A DNA stretch of 64,000 nucleotides. It comes from a virus (lineage: Duplodnaviria > Caudoviricetes). Positions within the stretch are counted from its first letter, which is position 1; every line of letters begins with the position of its first letter. Under the pieces are notes generated by a model, which saw only the letters and a list, made by a program, of their open reading frames with translations, ran no database searches and was not told the origin of the DNA. The position numbers were made by a program, and so were the translations under genes. Location: positions 1-64,000 of IMG/VR virus record IMGVR_UViG_3300027804_000057; one strand, written 5' to 3'. Below are positions 60,310 through 64,000 of this stretch, in pieces.

Positions 60310-60852
60310 ATGAGTACTAAACATTATGTGAACAACGCCGACTTTCTGAAGGCTCTAATTCAATACCGTGAGGATTGTGAAACCGCAAAGAAGGATGGTA
60401 AGGAAGATCCACAGATTCCAAATTATATTGGTGAATGTTTCCTGAAAATTGCGGAACACTTGTCTAGAAAACCAAACTTTATTTCCTATTCCTTCCGTGA
60501 TGAGATGATGAGTGATGGTGTTGAGAATTGCCTGATGTACTTTCGCAACTTTGATCCGGTAAAGAGTAAGAATCCATTTGCTTATTTTACTCAAATCATA
60601 TATTATGCTTTTCTCAGACGAATTATGCGTGAGAAAAAACAACTGTATGTTAAGTATAAGGCAACAGAAATGTTCGGCATACTAGATGAGGGTGAATTTC
60701 TATCTGATGATGATGGAGCCAACAAACAGTTTCAGTTGTATGAAAACATTTCCGAATTCATTTACAACTTTGAAGAAAACAAAAAGAAGAAAAAAGAAAG
60801 TAAAACTAAAGGACTTGAAAAGTTCATTGAAGAGATTGATGAAGATAAATGA
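60310..60852 (+). CDS. gp55: Late-transcription sigma factor gp55
   Basis: HYVNNADFL.AL, IPNYIGECFLKIAEHLS.KPNF..Y.FRDEM..DGVENCL.Y..NFDP.KS.NPFAYFTQIIYYAFLRRI..EKKQ. Confidence 0.97.
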   Translation: MSTKHYVNNADFLKALIQYREDCETAKKDGKEDPQIPNYIGECFLKIAEHLSRKPNFISYSFRDEMMSDGVENCLMYFRNFDPVKSKNPFAYFTQIIYYAFLRRIMREKKQLYVKYKATEMFGILDEGEFLSDDDGANKQFQLYENISEFIYNFEENKKKKKESKTKGLEKFIEEIDEDK

Positions 60853-60880
60853 AGATTTAGTGTCGTTGAAAATCGTTTTT

Positions 60881-60888
60881 TATAAATA
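60881..60888 (+). promoter_or_regulatory. Late promoter TATAAATA upstream of the endonuclease VII-like gene
   Basis: Exact consensus between gp55 and the AGGAG SD/ATG at 60917. Confidence 0.65.
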
Positions 60889-60916
60889 TTAATGATACCA
60901 ATTAATAGGAGAAAAA

Positions 60917-61288
60917 ATGAGAACTACACCAGAAAAAAGAAAAGTTACTTTATTAAAATATAACAATACAACTGAACGCAAACAAGCAATGAAGGAGTAT
61001 TATGCAAATAATAAAGATAAATCTAAAAATAGGATGTTGATTAGGAACTATGGTATATCTCTAGAAGATTACAATAAGATGTTATTTGAACAGAATGGTA
61101 ATTGTTATATTTGTGAAAAACATTATACTGAACAGAAAAAAAGTTTAAGTGTTGACCATTGTCATATAACAGGTAATATTAGAAAACTACTTTGTTCAAA
61201 CTGTAATACTTCTTTAGGTTTACTAAAAGAAGATATCGACCGAGTTAAAAAACTTATAGAATATATTGAAGAAAATAAAATACTATGA
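60917..61288 (+). mobile_element. Free-standing endonuclease VII-family (His-Cys) homing endonuclease
   Basis: YGISLEDYNKML.EQ...CYICE...LSVDHCH.TG.IRKLLCSNCN.SLGL.KED; inserted between gp55 and gp47. Confidence 0.8.
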
Positions 61289-62355
61289 AGCTGGCAATTA
61301 TAAATGATACCCATGCGGGTGCTCGTGGTGATAGTTTACCTTTTAATGAATACTTCTTCAAATTCTGGGAAGGTACATTCTTTCCTTATTTGAAAGAACA
61401 CGACATTAAACATATCTGCCACCTTGGTGATGTGGTAGACCGAAGAAAGTTTATTAACTATGTTATTCTGAATTCGTGGCGTAAACGATTCTTTGATGTG
61501 TTAAAGAACGAAGGCATTACCATGGATGTAATTGTAGGTAATCACGATGTGACTTACAAGAACACAAATGAAATCAATGCCATGAATGAGTTGTTTGACC
61601 ACTATGATAACATAAATGTGTACACAAGTCCAGTAAAGAAGAACTATGATGGTACAGAAGTATTGATGGTGCCTTGGATTAATTCTAGTAATTACCAAGA
61701 AACCTTAGATGATGTACAACAAACAACCGCACAGATTGTATTTGGTCACTTTGAGATTGCTGGCTTTGAAATGGACAAAGGTAATATTTGCCATACAGGC
61801 TTAGAAAAGAAGATGTTTGACCGATTCGATACTGTATTGTCTGGCCACTTTCACCACAAATCAAGTGATGGCAACATTTCTTATTTGGGTAATCAGTATG
61901 AAATTACTTGGGCAGATTATAATGACCAACGTGGCTTTCACATCTTTGATACCGACACAAGAGAGTTGACATTTGTACCAAATCCACATAAGATGTTTCA
62001 TAAGATAACATATGATGATGGCGCACAATCATTTGAAGATTGGAAGACACATGACTTTAGTTTATACAAAGAGTGTTACATTAAAGTTGTTGTAATAAAC
62101 AAACAGAACCCTTACCTGTTTGATACAGTATTGGATAATTTATATAAATCTGGTGCAGCTGATATATCCATTGTTGAAGACTTCAATGATTATGATACCG
62201 ACATTGATGCCGATATTGTGGATCAGGCAGAAGATACAATGACCATACTATCAAAGTACATAGATAACTTGACAATTAATGTAGAACGTGATAAACTCAA
62301 GAACTTAATGAAAGAATTATACGTTGAGGCATTGAATACAGAAACTTCAGAATGA
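61285..62355 (+). CDS. gp47: Recombination nuclease gp47 (SbcD/Mre11-like)
   Basis: INDTH.GAR, HLGDVVDRRK, VGNHD, FGHFEIAGF, SGHFHHKS, YLGNQYEITW.D. Confidence 0.95.
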   Translation: MKLAIINDTHAGARGDSLPFNEYFFKFWEGTFFPYLKEHDIKHICHLGDVVDRRKFINYVILNSWRKRFFDVLKNEGITMDVIVGNHDVTYKNTNEINAMNELFDHYDNINVYTSPVKKNYDGTEVLMVPWINSSNYQETLDDVQQTTAQIVFGHFEIAGFEMDKGNICHTGLEKKMFDRFDTVLSGHFHHKSSDGNISYLGNQYEITWADYNDQRGFHIFDTDTRELTFVPNPHKMFHKITYDDGAQSFEDWKTHDFSLYKECYIKVVVINKQNPYLFDTVLDNLYKSGAADISIVEDFNDYDTDIDADIVDQAEDTMTILSKYIDNLTINVERDKLKNLMKELYVEALNTETSE

Positions 62356-64000
62356 TTATTTTTAGATATGTAAAATGGAAGAATTTTCTATCCACTGGCA
62401 ACAGTTGGACTGAAATCAAGTTGGACAACTCACACAACACACTAGTAGTCGGTGAAAATGGTTCAGGCAAGAGCACAATGTTAGATGCATTGTGTTTCTC
62501 TTTGTTTGGCAAACCATTTCGCAGCATTAACAAACCCCAACTTGTAAATTCAATCAATGGCAAAGATGCTGTGGTTGAAGTTGGTTTTGATACCGCTAAC
62601 AAATCATATAAGATTGTTCGTGGTATCAAACCAAATGTATTTGAAATTTATCAAGACGGTGTTCTAATCAATCAAGAAGCCGCAATGCGTGACTACCAAG
62701 AATTCTTAGAGAAGTTTATTCTCAAGTTGAATTACAAATCATTTACTCAGATTGTGATTCTTGGTTCGGCATCATTCACACCATTTATGCAGTTGTCTCC
62801 AGGTGATCGCAGGTCTATCATTGAAGACTTGTTAGACATTCAAATCTTTTCCACTATGAACAGTTTGGTAAAAGAACGAATGACTGAGAACAAAGAACTG
62901 TCAGTTGCCAAAAAGAGTGAGATCGAATTGGCAAAACAGAAACATGAAATGCAGAAGAAACATATTGATGAGTTGAATCAGAACAATGACCTAAGGGTAA
63001 AACAATATGAGAATGAAATTCAAACTAACAACAACGCCATACAAACCTTACATGGAGAAGTTGCTAATGCCAGTACATTGGTCGAAACGTTGTCAACATC
63101 AGTGGCAGAGAAATCTATTGTTGAGGATAAGGTCAAGAAGATTACAAAGCTTGAATCTCAAATTGAGAGCAACTTATCCAAACTACGTAAAGATATCAGT
63201 TTCTTCCAGCACAATGATGATTGTCCAACTTGTAGGCAAGCCATTGCCTCGGATTTCAAAGATACGGAACTTCTCAATCTAGGTACAAAAGTTGGTGAGT
63301 GTGAACATGGATTGACACAATTAGAATCCAAGTTACTTGCGGAACAAACTAAGTTGAATTCTATCTCCGAGGTACAGAAACAGATTCAGGCACTACAGAT
63401 TCAGATTGCCACAAAGAGTACTTCTATTACCGAGATTAACAAGTATATTGTTAAAATACAAAAAGAGATTGCGGCATTGCAATCAAATAAAGATTCAACA
63501 GAGACACAACAAGTCCAGCTACAAGAACTCGCAAATCATTTGAGTAAGCTAGAAGAAGACTTAAGAGCATTAATAGATACAAAGACATATTATGAGGCCG
63601 CTTCGGTGTTGTTAAAAGATACAGGCATTAAAACAAAGATTGTTCGCCAGTATTTACCAATCATTAATAAATTGGTCAATAAGTATTTATCTACCTTAGA
63701 TTTCTTTGTCAACTTCAACCTCGATGAGTCGTTTAAGGAAACAATCAAGTCTAGGCACCGTGATGAGTTTTCATATGCATCGTTTTCTGAAGGTGAGAAA
63801 CAACGTATTGATATGGCCTTGTTACTGACATGGCGTGCTGTCGCCAAGTTAAAGAATTCATCCAACACCAACCTGTTGATACTGGATGAGGTCTTTGATT
63901 CTTCACTAGATACAGAAGGTACTGAAAATCTAATGAAGATACTACACATGTTGGAAGATGTTAATCTGTTTGTTATTTCACATAAAGGTGATATACTACA
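62352..64000 (+). CDS. gp46: Recombination ATPase gp46 (SbcC/Rad50-like), 3'-truncated by the window; absent from the ORF track
   Basis: ATG overlaps the gp47 TGA. MIIFRYVKWKNFLSTGN, Walker A GENGSGKST, FSEGEKQRID signature, LILDEVFDSSLD Walker B/D-loop, FVISHK. Confidence 0.96.
   Translation, partial: MIIFRYVKWKNFLSTGNSWTEIKLDNSHNTLVVGENGSGKSTMLDALCFSLFGKPFRSINKPQLVNSINGKDAVVEVGFDTANKSYKIVRGIKPNVFEIYQDGVLINQEAAMRDYQEFLEKFILKLNYKSFTQIVILGSASFTPFMQLSPGDRRSIIEDLLDIQIFSTMNSLVKERMTENKELSVAKKSEIELAKQKHEMQKKHIDELNQNNDLRVKQYENEIQTNNNAIQTLHGEVANASTLVETLSTSVAEKSIVEDKVKKITKLESQIESNLSKLRKDISFFQHNDDCPTCRQAIASDFKDTELLNLGTKVGECEHGLTQLESKLLAEQTKLNSISEVQKQIQALQIQIATKSTSITEINKYIVKIQKEIAALQSNKDSTETQQVQLQELANHLSKLEEDLRALIDTKTYYEAASVLLKDTGIKTKIVRQYLPIINKLVNKYLSTLDFFVNFNLDESFKETIKSRHRDEFSYASFSEGEKQRIDMALLLTWRAVAKLKNSSNTNLLILDEVFDSSLDTEGTENLMKILHMLEDVNLFVISHKGDIL

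Noticed and set aside
80-63949. The many 60-130-aa ORFs on the minus strand or in alternative frames of the track
   Set aside because: They lie within long, motif-supported + strand genes, reflect codon-bias shadows (especially over the repeats) and show no recognisable motifs.
1-64000. Alternative genetic code (stop-codon reassignment)
   Set aside because: Core genes are full length and tightly packed under the standard code; gp46 is missing from the track only because it runs off the window.

Overview
A 64-kb segment of a T4-like myovirus, with all credible genes on the + strand and the host not determinable from this window. It contains: baseplate wedge genes (gp6 partial, gp7, gp8); a VrlC-like 2123-aa protein; a ~31-kb accessory fibre/adhesin island (11.5-42.8 kb) where T4 has gp9-12/wac; the conserved neck, packaging, tail and head block (gp13-gp23, with a Dps gene between gp16 and gp17); gp3, uvsY, uvsW, gp55, gp47 and a partial gp46; and two free-standing homing-endonuclease-like ORFs. 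T4-type late promoters (NATAAATA) punctuate the structural region. The most unusual material is in the island. It has three paralogous six-bladed Kelch-like propellers whose 18 blades share a near-identical DNA scaffold but differ at two hypervariable sites. It has giant fibres (2302 and 2896 aa) built from Ala-core heptads with shuffled knob modules, one carrying a cupredoxin-like H/C/H/M site. It also shows a repeating fibre, small adaptor, next-module gene grammar. Family assignments come from motif recognition by eye; no database search was run.
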